From Elusimicrobiota bacterium (GTDB taxonomy: Bacteria > Elusimicrobiota > Elusimicrobia > UBA1565): a DNA stretch of 28,301 bases. Shown in pieces: positions 8,004 to 18,427 of this stretch (its first letter is position 1; each line of letters starts with the position of its first letter). The translations under genes and the position numbers were made by a program. The stretch covers positions 1 to 28,301 of the forward strand of contig JBDREN010000081.1 of the NCBI GenBank assembly GCA_043819795.1, given 5' to 3'. The notes under the pieces are model-generated. The model had not been told where the DNA came from and searched no databases. It saw only the letters and a program-made list of their open reading frames with translations.

Positions 8004-9983
8004 TTACCGCTTCTCAAGCCAGTTCTCCGGGTTCAAGGGCCGGCCCGCCTGCCTCAACTCGAGGTAGAGCCGCCCTTCGCCCCCGTCCAGAGTCGCGATC
8101 AGTGTGCCGGTCCGAACGCGGTCGCCCTTCTCCTTCAATATCTTGTCCAGGTGGCCGTAGATGCTGAAGAACCCCTGGCCGTGGTTCACGATCACGACGT
8201 TTCCGTAGGACCGGTACGGCCCGGCGAAGATCACCTCTCCGGGCTTCACCGGCCGGACCGAGGACCCGGCATCCGCCTTGATCTCGATCCCGTTGTGGAC
8301 CGTCCATGTCTGCAGCTCGGGAACGCGACGCTTGCCGAACCCGCTCACGACACGACCTGCGACCGGCCACGGCAATGAGTGCTTGGCCATGGTCGGTTGT
8401 CGCGGGCGGGCCTCGGCCGTACGCCGGGCCTTGTGCTCGAGCCTCCGGATGAGGTCGGCGAGCGCCTTCGACGATTTTTCGAGCTCGCGGACCCTCTCCT
8501 CCGTCTCCAAAAGCCTCTTCCCGGCGTCCTCGTAGGCCGACCGCGCGCTCTTGTAGGACCGCTCGTGGCGACGGAAGGCTTCAACCTCCTTCAGCGTCCG
8601 GCCCCGGATGACGCGCCCGCGCTCGAGCGCCACGGCGTGCCGGGACGCGGTGCGCGTCTCGAACCTGTGCAGCTGCGCGAGATAACGGGTCTTCTCCCGG
8701 ATCGCGGCGCGGCGGAACGCCTCCTCCCATAGGGCGTCGGATCCGAAAAAGCCGGGCTCGGCGGCCGAACGCCGCGAAAAGTCCCCGACCTCCTCCGAGA
8801 GCACACGCAGCCCCTTTCCTCTCGCCGACGTCACGGCGGAGAGCGTGCCGGCAAGGCGGACGTGCTGGTCGTCCGCCTGGCGGCGTCTGCCTCGCAGCTC
8901 GCGAATCCGAAGATCGCTCCGGCGCCGTTCGCTCTCGATCCTGGAAAGGTCGCGCTCGACCTCGCTGCGCCGCTTGTGGTACAGGTCGGCCTCCTTCTTG
9001 CGCTCAACGAGCTCATCGCTGAGCTTCTCGAGCTCCTTGCGCTTGGTGCGCACCGAAGCCGCCTGGACGCCGGTCCCCCACACGAGTAGTCCGGCCGCCA
9101 GGACGGCCGCGACCCGCTCCCGTACGCGTCCCCGGGAGAGGCCCGAAGCGGGACGGCTCCGGCCCGCGACGCCCCCCTGCCCTTGCCGCTCCCGGCCGGG
9201 CAACAGGCCGACGAGCAGGCCTCCCGACGCGCCGGCGGCGAGCAGCGTCGCCTGCGCCCATAACGCCGGCCAGGCGCGCACCCACCCCGCGGACGCGGGG
9301 CGGGCGAGCAGCAGCGCCAAACCGACGCCGGCCGCCACGCCCAGGCCCGACGCGGCCGGGAGGACGACGATCTGCCTCCAGGACAGGGGACCACCCCCGT
9401 CGCGGGTACGTCCGGTCCCCGCGGGCGACGAGGCGAGCCGGAACGCACCCGCCCGCCACGCCGCGCCCACGGCCCAGACCCCCGCCAGGATCCAGAGGAA
9501 CGCCGCCGAGCTCAGGATGAGCGTCAGGAAGCGGGCGTAGAACTGGACCTGGAGGATGGTCCGGGCCTGCAGCGGCTTGTAGCGTATATCGTCGAGCTCC
9601 GCGATATTTTCGGCGGCCCGCGCCCATTCGGGGACGGCGGCGATGCGATCGGGGCTCAAGCGGATTTCGAAGCCCCCCGGAAGAGGGTTCTCTCCGAGCA
9701 CCGCGACCGACCGGGATATCTCCGGATTCGCTGCCTCGATCCGGGACAGCCCCTCCTCGGGCGACACGAAGACGACGGCCTCCGTCCCCGGCTGAGCCAG
9801 AAGCTTCTCCTCCACGACCTTGCGGCGCGCCGCGTCGACGTCGCCGTTGAGAAACGCGACGATCCGGAAATCATCGAGCAACAGCCGCTCCGCCTCGCGG
9901 CTATGCGCCTGCATTAGGAGAAGTCCTTCCCCGATAAGACCGCCCGCCAGGCCCAGGAGAAGGAGCTGGAAAGGCCGATTCAT
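8004..9983 (-). CDS. FtsX-like permease fused to an EnvC-like coiled-coil / degenerate M23 (LytM) protein
   Basis: N-terminus: TM plus FtsX extracellular-domain motifs (VVFVSPEEGL...GENPLPGGFEIRL), then three more TMs. C-terminus: long coiled coil, then LPWPVAGRVVSGFG, HNGIEIKA, GEVIFAG...YGNVVIVNHG..SIYGHL and RLYLELR. Confidence 0.88.
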   Translation of the reverse strand: MNRPFQLLLLGLAGGLIGEGLLLMQAHSREAERLLLDDFRIVAFLNGDVDAARRKVVEEKLLAQPGTEAVVFVSPEEGLSRIEAANPEISRSVAVLGENPLPGGFEIRLSPDRIAAVPEWARAAENIAELDDIRYKPLQARTILQVQFYARFLTLILSSAAFLWILAGVWAVGAAWRAGAFRLASSPAGTGRTRDGGGPLSWRQIVVLPAASGLGVAAGVGLALLLARPASAGWVRAWPALWAQATLLAAGASGGLLVGLLPGRERQGQGGVAGRSRPASGLSRGRVRERVAAVLAAGLLVWGTGVQAASVRTKRKELEKLSDELVERKKEADLYHKRRSEVERDLSRIESERRRSDLRIRELRGRRRQADDQHVRLAGTLSAVTSARGKGLRVLSEEVGDFSRRSAAEPGFFGSDALWEEAFRRAAIREKTRYLAQLHRFETRTASRHAVALERGRVIRGRTLKEVEAFRRHERSYKSARSAYEDAGKRLLETEERVRELEKSSKALADLIRRLEHKARRTAEARPRQPTMAKHSLPWPVAGRVVSGFGKRRVPELQTWTVHNGIEIKADAGSSVRPVKPGEVIFAGPYRSYGNVVIVNHGQGFFSIYGHLDKILKEKGDRVRTGTLIATLDGGEGRLYLELRQAGRPLNPENWLEKR

Positions 9984-10001
9984 GTGGTGGTGGTTATGCT
10001 T

Positions 10002-10033
10002 ATATACTTAACCGCCATTTGCATATTTGTCAA
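10002..10033 (-). promoter_or_regulatory. Putative sigma70-like promoter of the ftsX-envC...barrel gene run
   Basis: TTGACA (10033-10028), 17 bp, TAAGTATAT (10010-10002), ending 18 bp upstream of the ATG. Confidence 0.6.
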
Positions 10034-10135
10034 TAGTGCGGCCGGTTCGGCCCGCTTGTCCGCCCGTGGGAAGCCGCTATGGGCTCACGGGCCGTCCGTC
10101 TCCGGACAATGGAGGCAAGACTGCGGATCGTGATG

Positions 10136-11635
10136 TCAGGACAAGGGGGCGCGCCCGTCTTCCCCGCGTCCTGCGGAGGAAAACGCCGCACCGTACGCCG
10201 TAAGCTCCGAGGAACCGCCACGCTCTCCGAGCAGGTTGGGGCCGATCAGGAACATCGTAATAAGGAAAACGGCTAGAAACGAAACCGGATGATCCTCCAT
10301 CGCGAAAGCGAGAAACCTCGCCAAAAGGCTGCCCTGCCGCCGGACCTTCTTCTTCCCGGAGACCCGCTCCAGCGATGCGGAGGCTCCGTCGCCGGGACGC
10401 GGAAGGACCTTGACCACGGCGGGGTCGGCCATCAATCGTCCGATATCGCGGACCGGGACCTGACCAGAGATGACCAGCACCATGCGACTCGTTCCCGGGA
10501 TGCGCTGATAGGCTATGGCCTTGCGGAACTCGAAGCCCGTGCCCGCGCTCAGCCGGGCGACCGTCTCTTTCAGGGCAGTGTTCGGCGAGCTCTCCGGCGG
10601 GATGCGGATGCCCAGCAACAGGTCGGTCCGGCCGCCCGTCGCGCGCCCCCCGGCCGACGGATGCGAGCTTCCCGTCTCGAGCCGCACGACGCGCTCCAAA
10701 GCCATCAGATCCCCGGTGCGGTCCGCGGGCAGCCAGCCCTGCAGCGCGACGCGGCCTCGGTCCGCGCCCATGAAAGCCGGCGCGAACCGCTCGTCCATGC
10801 GGAAACCCGCGGCCTCCGTCAGCTCCGCGACCGCGTCCTTGAACTCCCCGGGCGTCCGGGCGATGTCCAGCTCCACGACCACGAACTGATCCTTGCCCTC
10901 CCCGGACCCGAGATCCCGCCCCATTGGGGAGGGAAGACCGGCGACCGGAAGGTCCTTCAATGAGATCGGCCCGCTCGTATCGCCGGAACCGGATCCGAGG
11001 ATATGCTGCTCATAGTCCTCCCGCCCGAGATCCTTGGCGCGGTCCAGCGGGACGTCGCCGACCTTGGAGGACGGAAGGAGCAGCGGCCTGCTCAGGCCCG
11101 CCCAAAGCGAATAGTTGCCCGGGTTGACGGCCGCGGGCGCGTCACGAAGATCCTCGCCTTTCTCGACCGAGAGACCCGCGTCCTCTTCCGCCCCGCCCGC
11201 CGAGACTGGACGGTGCGGGCCCGGCCACTTGCGGTGGGCCGGAACGCGGGTCCGGTCCACCCGGGGAACCGGCCGGTTCTCAAATACGGGACGCTCGGGT
11301 GCGGCCTCGGACGGGGGCTGGTCCGCCGCCGGTTTCGTCCCGACCCGCGCGTGCGAGCCATGACGCGACCATGATTCCTGGTGGTCGCTTACGTCCGGGT
11401 CGATCCCGAAGGGCTGGCCGGGGTTCTCGCCGAAGAAATAGGAATGGAACATGTCCCCGCTCTGCGGGAACTGCGCGCCTGGATTCTGCCCATAGGCGCG
11501 ACTGGCCCCCATAGGGTCTGCCGGGAGGGCCTCGGCGTCCGGACCCGCCGGATCAGACCCGGCTAGGGCCGTTCCCGGAGCCCAAAGAAGAAGGGCCCCC
11601 AGTATCCATGGCATCATCGCCCCTGGGAGAGGCAT
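10136..11635 (-). CDS. Secreted, C-terminally membrane-anchored hypothetical protein with two tandem ferredoxin-like modules
   Basis: Signal peptide (WILGALLLWAPGTALA), Pro-rich disordered region, two similar ~70-aa modules and a C-terminal TM (SFLAVFLITMFLIG). A -10 box lies directly upstream. Confidence 0.75.
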   Translation of the reverse strand: MPLPGAMMPWILGALLLWAPGTALAGSDPAGPDAEALPADPMGASRAYGQNPGAQFPQSGDMFHSYFFGENPGQPFGIDPDVSDHQESWSRHGSHARVGTKPAADQPPSEAAPERPVFENRPVPRVDRTRVPAHRKWPGPHRPVSAGGAEEDAGLSVEKGEDLRDAPAAVNPGNYSLWAGLSRPLLLPSSKVGDVPLDRAKDLGREDYEQHILGSGSGDTSGPISLKDLPVAGLPSPMGRDLGSGEGKDQFVVVELDIARTPGEFKDAVAELTEAAGFRMDERFAPAFMGADRGRVALQGWLPADRTGDLMALERVVRLETGSSHPSAGGRATGGRTDLLLGIRIPPESSPNTALKETVARLSAGTGFEFRKAIAYQRIPGTSRMVLVISGQVPVRDIGRLMADPAVVKVLPRPGDGASASLERVSGKKKVRRQGSLLARFLAFAMEDHPVSFLAVFLITMFLIGPNLLGERGGSSELTAYGAAFSSAGRGEDGRAPLS

Positions 11636-11641
11636 GTAGTC

Positions 11642-11650
11642 ATTTTACCA
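11642..11650 (-). promoter_or_regulatory. Extended -10 box, leaderless geometry
   Basis: TGG-TAAAAT, 6 nt, then the ATG at 11635. Confidence 0.65.
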
Positions 11651-11671
11651 TATACGAGGGCCGAGTGGACA

Positions 11672-13457
11672 TCAGGTCCTGAGGCGGTAGCGCACGGCGC
11701 CGCGCCCGGCCAGCACGACCAGGCCCAGCGCGACTCCGAGGGCGGCGCAGGTCCCGGTGTGCAGAAGCGCCAGCTCGAACGGTGTCCGCGCCCCGGCCAA
11801 GACTTCGGCGAGCCCCAGCAGGGCGAACATCCCGAACAAAAGCCAGATGCGGGGATCGGCCGGCGCGCCCCGCGATACCGCCGCTCCCCCGGCGTCGAGA
11901 CGTTGGAAATAGACGCAAAGCCCGACGAAAAGGCACGGGTAGCCGACGAAAAGCTCCCGCCAGCGGGAAGCGGCCCACCACCAGGCGGGCCTCCATGCCG
12001 CGAGGCATTCCAACCACCCCTCCGGACCCCACCGCCGCAGCCATCCCGGCGGCGACAAGAGCAGCGCCGCGACCGCGAGCACCGGCAGCGCGCGCGAGAG
12101 CGGCACCCATGGCCGCCGGATCAGGCGGGGCAGGTCCCCGGCTTCGGGAAGGAACATCGCCATGGAAGCCAGCAACAGCGTCGTCGCCGGTGCCGCCGGG
12201 CCCCAACACAGCGAGGTGGCCTCCAGGCGCCACGCCGCGACCGCGAGTAAAGCGTAGGCGCCCAGGCCGAGAGCCGCCCCCGCTCCCGCGGCGGCGGCCA
12301 GGGCCGAGACGGCCTCTCGGAATGGAGCGGCCTCCGGCAAGCGCCCGGCCCGGTGCATCGAACGCAGCACCTTCAGGCCCCAGCGCAGGGCGAGCAGAGG
12401 GCCGATCACCGTCAGGAGCGACCCGAGCGAGAAGCGCGCGCCCCACTCCCCGGCGGACACCCTCCGCGCCTCATGCAGCCCGCTCGGCAGGGTCGGGGGA
12501 TAGCCGCCGGACCTCATCCCCTTGAGCAACGAGCGCAGCCAGCCCAGGTTCTCCTCGATCCCGAGGCTCGGGTCCAAATGCGCCACCACCAGCCGGTTCC
12601 CGCCGCCGGAGATCTCACGGAGCAGCGTGGCGAGCCCGGCTCCAGGCGGGATCTCCCCCGCGGTCAACATCCTCGGCGAAGGGCCGCCCACCCCTTGGAG
12701 AAACGCGACCCGGACCCGGCGTCCGTCCGTTCCGCCTTCCGTCTTCAAGAAAGCCAGCCAGAGGCTCCGGTCGGCCAGCCTTTCCGCGACCCACGCCGGA
12801 GCGCGCCCGGGCGTCGTTTCCGGGACCGGCCCGCGCGGTCCTGGTGACGTTTCCGGAACGCCGTAGCCCGGCGGGATCAGGAGCGCCGCCGGTCCGCCCG
12901 CCCCCCGCGCCAGCCGGAGCTCGGGCTCCGAGACGACGAAATAGACGGGCGTGAGACCCTGCCGCGAGACCGCGTCCGCGACGGCGGGATCGTATCCTAC
13001 CGAGAGCGCCTCGGGCTTCATGCCCCCCGGGGGCTCGACCACGTGCATGTCCCCGTAGCGCTGCGCGGAGAGCGCGATGCCGTGCGCGCGTGCCCAGCCC
13101 ATGAGGCGCGCGAAAAGCGCGTCGTCCTTCATCCAGAGCGCGTCCGGCTTGAGCGGGGCCTGAGGCGCGGCCACGCCCGTCGCGCGCAGCTTCTCGATCT
13201 CTCCGGTCGAGAAGCGCAGCACCTCGCCGGAACGAAGGTGCCGTCCGAGCGGCTCGGTCCGCAGCACCGCTCCGGCGATCCCGAGCGCGCGCGCGCGCTC
13301 CCAGAAATAAGTCTCGGGATAGCCCGACGCCTCCCATAGAGCGCGCGCCTCCCGGACCTCGAGCGCCAGGGCGGCGCCGCTCTCCCGCGCGCGCCGGTCC
13401 GAGAACAGCGCGACGGCCGTGAAGACGCCGATCAGAAGGACGCCCGCCTTTTTCCAG

Positions 13458-13477
<20 letters not shown>
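11672..13477 (-). CDS. DUF5693-like membrane protein (divergent)
   Basis: N-terminal TM followed by DRRARES, a large soluble domain and about 7-8 C-terminal TMs. SRWRELFVGYP and ARTPFELALLH resemble the RPRxKEFLxGHP and HTP motifs I recall for DUF5693. The ATG at 13477 is preceded by GGAG and overlaps the end of glgA. Confidence 0.6.
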
Positions 13478-14960
<1,483 letters not shown>

Positions 14961-15072
14961 CCTTGCGGGATCCTTCGGGGACCTCTTCGAACGGCGACGG
15001 CCGGCGCGCGGGCCGGCCGGACGGCCCCGCCGGCCATTGAAGGCTCGCGCATCCGCGGGCGCGCGCGCCACA

Positions 15073-15825
15073 TCAGCCGGGCTCGCCCGGCTTTTCCGTC
15101 CCGGCTTCAGGCGCGTCGCTATCCGCTCCTTGGGCGCCTTCGGAGCTCGGCCAGGCGGCCGAGCCCTCCTCCGGTGAAGCCGCGTCATTCTCTTGGGCCG
15201 AGGCCGGGGCTTCTCCCTCGGACGCCGTCGCCCGCGTCTCCTGCGGCGCGCCGACGACGGCCGTCTCGGCCGGGACCGGCGTCCCCTGCTCGGCCGGCTC
15301 CTGCGCCTGATAGCTCTCGATCGGCGGCAGGTCCTCGATGCTGCGCAGGCCGAAATGCCGCAGGAACTCGGGCGTCGTCCCGTAGAGGAGGGGCCTTCCG
15401 ACCGTCTCCCTCCGGCCGACCACCCTGATGAGAGCCTTCTCGAGCAGGGTCTCCAGGGCCGCGATCACCTCCACGCCCCGGATCTCCTCGATCTCGGCGC
15501 GGGTGAGGGGCTGCTTGTAGCCGACGATCGAGAGCGTCTCGAGCGCCGCGGTCGAAAGGCGCATCGTCATCTTTTCCTTGAACAGGTTGCGCACGTACGC
15601 GGCGTAGGGGGGGCGGGTGGCCATCTGGAAGCCTTCCGCGATCTCGAGCACCTGGAGGGCTCCCCCGCGGTCCTCGTAGTCCCGCTGGATCTCCGACACG
15701 AGCTCGGCCACCTTGTCGCGGCTTCTGCTGCCCACAGCCTGGCAGATCTTCTGGATGCCGATCGGCTGGTCCGTGATAAAAAGCAGCGTCTCGATCGCCG
15801 TCTTAAGGTCCGTGTTCTTCTTCAT
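15073..15825 (-). CDS. scpB: SMC-Scp complex subunit ScpB
   Basis: IETLLF, AEGFQMAT, LSTAALETLSIVGYKQPLTRAEIEEIRGV, VGRPLLYGTTPEFLRHFGL..LP, and an acidic tail. Start at the ATG at 15825. Confidence 0.96.
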   Translation of the reverse strand: MKKNTDLKTAIETLLFITDQPIGIQKICQAVGSRSRDKVAELVSEIQRDYEDRGGALQVLEIAEGFQMATRPPYAAYVRNLFKEKMTMRLSTAALETLSIVGYKQPLTRAEIEEIRGVEVIAALETLLEKALIRVVGRRETVGRPLLYGTTPEFLRHFGLRSIEDLPPIESYQAQEPAEQGTPVPAETAVVGAPQETRATASEGEAPASAQENDAASPEEGSAAWPSSEGAQGADSDAPEAGTEKPGEPG

Positions 15826-15832
15826 AGATCGC

Positions 15833-16633
15833 TCACTCCGGCGCCCTCTCCCCTCCCGCCTCGGTGGGCGCTTGCGGATCCGTCCCCGCGCCCGAGTCAT
15901 CGGGCCAGACGGGGAGCACCTCTTCCGGCGGCTCCTCCTTCCGGTAGATGCGGATCTCGCCGAACGGGGCGTCCTGGCGCGCGAAGACCTGCTGCAGCTT
16001 GACGAGCTCGAGGAGCGCCATCACGCACGTGACCAGGGCCCGCCGCGCGCGCTCCCCGGCGAAGATGTCGCTGAGCAGCACGTAGGGCCTCTCCTCGACG
16101 AGATTAAGGATCTTGGAGATCTTCTCCTCGATCGGATACTCCTCGCCGGTGACGATCCGTCCTTCCCCCTCGGCGCGTCCGAGCACCTCGCGCAGCGCGC
16201 CGAGCAGGTCGAAGATGCGGATGTTGAGGGACTTCTCGTGCTCCGGGAACCTGGGCGCCCCGCGGTAGAAGATGTCCGCGTATTCCTCGCCCCGCTTCTC
16301 GAGGAAGGAAGCGGCCTCCTTGAACTTCTGGTACTCGACCAGCTTGGCGACGAGCTCGCTGCGCGGGTCGGGCCCCTCATCCTCGGGAAGCTCCTGCGAC
16401 GGGAGCAGGCTCCTGGCCTTGATCTGCATGAGCGTCGAGGCCATGATCAGGAAGTCCCCGACCACCGAGAGGTTCAGCTCCTTCATGAGATCGAGGTACG
16501 CCAGGTATTCCTGGGTGATCTGCGAGATCGGGATGTTCTCGATGTCGAGATCGTTCTTGCGGATGAGATACAGCAGTAGGTCCAGCGGCCCCTCGAAGAC
16601 CTCGAGATGGACCTCGTAGGCTCTCGTCGTCAT
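15833..16633 (-). CDS. scpA: Segregation and condensation protein ScpA
   Basis: FEGPLDLLLYLIRK, ITQEYL, FLIMASTLMQIKARSLLP, ALLELVK...Q..PFGEI. Confidence 0.96.
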   Translation of the reverse strand: MTTRAYEVHLEVFEGPLDLLLYLIRKNDLDIENIPISQITQEYLAYLDLMKELNLSVVGDFLIMASTLMQIKARSLLPSQELPEDEGPDPRSELVAKLVEYQKFKEAASFLEKRGEEYADIFYRGAPRFPEHEKSLNIRIFDLLGALREVLGRAEGEGRIVTGEEYPIEEKISKILNLVEERPYVLLSDIFAGERARRALVTCVMALLELVKLQQVFARQDAPFGEIRIYRKEEPPEEVLPVWPDDSGAGTDPQAPTEAGGERAPE

Positions 16634-17721
16634 GACAGGTTCATCGCCTTGCGCACGCGCCGCATCGCGGCCTCGGCCGCATCGCGCGCCCGCCGGCTCC
16701 CCTCCTCGAGGATCTCATCGACGAGGCCCGGTTTCGAGTACTTCTCGCGCGCCTGCCGGTACTCCCCGAACGGCTTCTCCATGGACTTCAGAAGGTCCTT
16801 CTTGCAGGCGACGCAGCCGACCGCGCCCTCGCGGCACTCGCCCTCGCGTTTGTCGGCGAAATCGCTGTATAGCCCGTGCATCGCGAAGACGACGCAGCCC
16901 TCGGGATGCCCCGGGTCGTGGGCCCGAACCTTCTTGGGGTCGGTGTACATGGACATGACCTTCTGCCTCAGGTCCTCCGGCGTCTCGCAGAGCTCCACGC
17001 TGTTGCCGTAGGACTTCGACATCTTGCGCGCGTCGATGCCCGGGACCTTCGCCGCGGGCGTCAGCAGGCCGCGCGGCTCGGTCAGGACCGGGCCGTAGAT
17101 GGAGTTGAACCGCCGCACGATCTCGCGGGAGATCTCCACGTGCGCCATCTGGTCCTGCCCCACCGGCACCAGCTCCGCCCCGTAGAGCACGATGTCGGCG
17201 GTCTGCAGCACAGGATAGCCAAGGAAGCCGTGGGTCCTCAGCTCGAGCCGCGTCTCCCGGGAACCGGGCGAGACCTCCTCGAGCGGGGAGCCGCCCAGCT
17301 TCTCGCGCATCGCTTTCGTCAGGACGCCCCGCTCCTCGAGCGCCGTCGTGAGCTTCGTCTTGCCGAGCTCCTGGAGCTGCTCCTTGTAGGTCGGATTGTT
17401 CTCGAGCCAGGAGATCGGCGTCACCATCGAGAGAAGCAGCGCCAGCTCCGCGTGCTGCGGCACCAGCGACTGGCGGAAGACGGTGCAGCGCTCGGGACTC
17501 ACGCCGGCCGTGAGCCAGTCGAGCACCATCTCGCGGATGTCCTCCTGGAGCCGGCCGGACTCCTCGTAGCCGGTCGTGAACATGTGCCAGTCGGCCACGG
17601 CGAAGTAGCACTCGTATTCGTCCTGCAAAGACACCCAGTTCTTCAGCGCCCCCCAGTAGTTGCCCAGGTGGAGCTTCCCCGTCGGGCGCATGCCGGACAT
17701 GACGGTCTTTTTATCGCTCAT
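16630..17721 (-). CDS. trpS: Tryptophanyl-tRNA synthetase
   Basis: SGMRPTGKLHLGNY (HIGH motif), YPVLQTADI, VPVGQDQ, KMSKS, and a C-terminal Cys cluster. Confidence 0.97.
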   Translation of the reverse strand: MSDKKTVMSGMRPTGKLHLGNYWGALKNWVSLQDEYECYFAVADWHMFTTGYEESGRLQEDIREMVLDWLTAGVSPERCTVFRQSLVPQHAELALLLSMVTPISWLENNPTYKEQLQELGKTKLTTALEERGVLTKAMREKLGGSPLEEVSPGSRETRLELRTHGFLGYPVLQTADIVLYGAELVPVGQDQMAHVEISREIVRRFNSIYGPVLTEPRGLLTPAAKVPGIDARKMSKSYGNSVELCETPEDLRQKVMSMYTDPKKVRAHDPGHPEGCVVFAMHGLYSDFADKREGECREGAVGCVACKKDLLKSMEKPFGEYRQAREKYSKPGLVDEILEEGSRRARDAAEAAMRRVRKAMNLS

Positions 17722-17724
17722 AGC

Positions 17725-18360
17725 TCATCCAAGAAGTCCGATATTCGTCCAGATCGACAGCACGACGTTCATCGGCCACATCACCAGAACGCTGAGCTGC
17801 CGCGTCATCAGCAGGACCAGGATCAGGAACGTGCCGAAGGGGGCAAGGCGCTCGTAAAGGCGCCCCAGCCCGCGCGGCAGGAGCCCGCCGACGATCCTGC
17901 TGCCGTCGAGCGGGTGGATCGGGATCAGGTTGAAGAACGCCAAAAACAGGTTGATCACCACGGCCGCCAGCAGCGCGTCGAGCACCGTCCTCTGGAAGCC
18001 CGGGGAGAAGAGCGAAACGACGGATACCAGCTTGTACGCGAGCGCGCCCGCGAAGGCCAGCACGATGTTCGCCAGCGGCCCCATGAGCGCCACGCGCACC
18101 ATGTCGCGCGCCGGATTGCGCAGGCGCCTCGGGTTGACCGGCACCGGCTTGGCCCAGCCGAACATCGGGGCGTGCGTGAAGAAGCACAGAAGCGGCAGAA
18201 AGACCGTCCCGAACGCGTCGATATGCGCGGCGGGATTGAGGGTCAGGCGCCCCGCCTTCAGGGCCGTGTCGTCCCCGCTCCTATAAGCCGCCCAGCCGTG
18301 GCAGAACTCGTGCACCACCACGGAGAAGAACAGGACGGGCAGTTGAATGACCCACTCCAC
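17725..18360 (-). CDS. Site-2 protease (M50 family intramembrane zinc metalloprotease)
   Basis: HEFCH, GRLTLNP..HID, FGWAKPVPVN, GPLAN, FNLIPIHPLDG. GTG start. Confidence 0.95.
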   Translation of the reverse strand: MEWVIQLPVLFFSVVVHEFCHGWAAYRSGDDTALKAGRLTLNPAAHIDAFGTVFLPLLCFFTHAPMFGWAKPVPVNPRRLRNPARDMVRVALMGPLANIVLAFAGALAYKLVSVVSLFSPGFQRTVLDALLAAVVINLFLAFFNLIPIHPLDGSRIVGGLLPRGLGRLYERLAPFGTFLILVLLMTRQLSVLVMWPMNVVLSIWTNIGLLG

Positions 18361-18366
18361 GACGGC

Positions 18367-18375
18367 ATTTTATCA
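18367..18375 (-). promoter_or_regulatory. Extended -10 box, leaderless geometry
   Basis: TGA-TAAAAT, 6 nt, then the GTG at 18360. Confidence 0.65.
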
Positions 18376-18427
18376 AATAACGGTGTCGGGCGTTGCGTTG
18401 TTGCTTTCACCCCAAAATAGATTATAA

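Noticed and set aside
14961..15188. N-terminal extension of glgA in the ORF track (likewise the extensions of scpB to 15900, the DUF5693-like gene to 13666 and the barrel to 2788)
   Set aside because: These extensions overlap upstream genes and are mostly low-complexity. Family motifs begin at the downstream ATGs.
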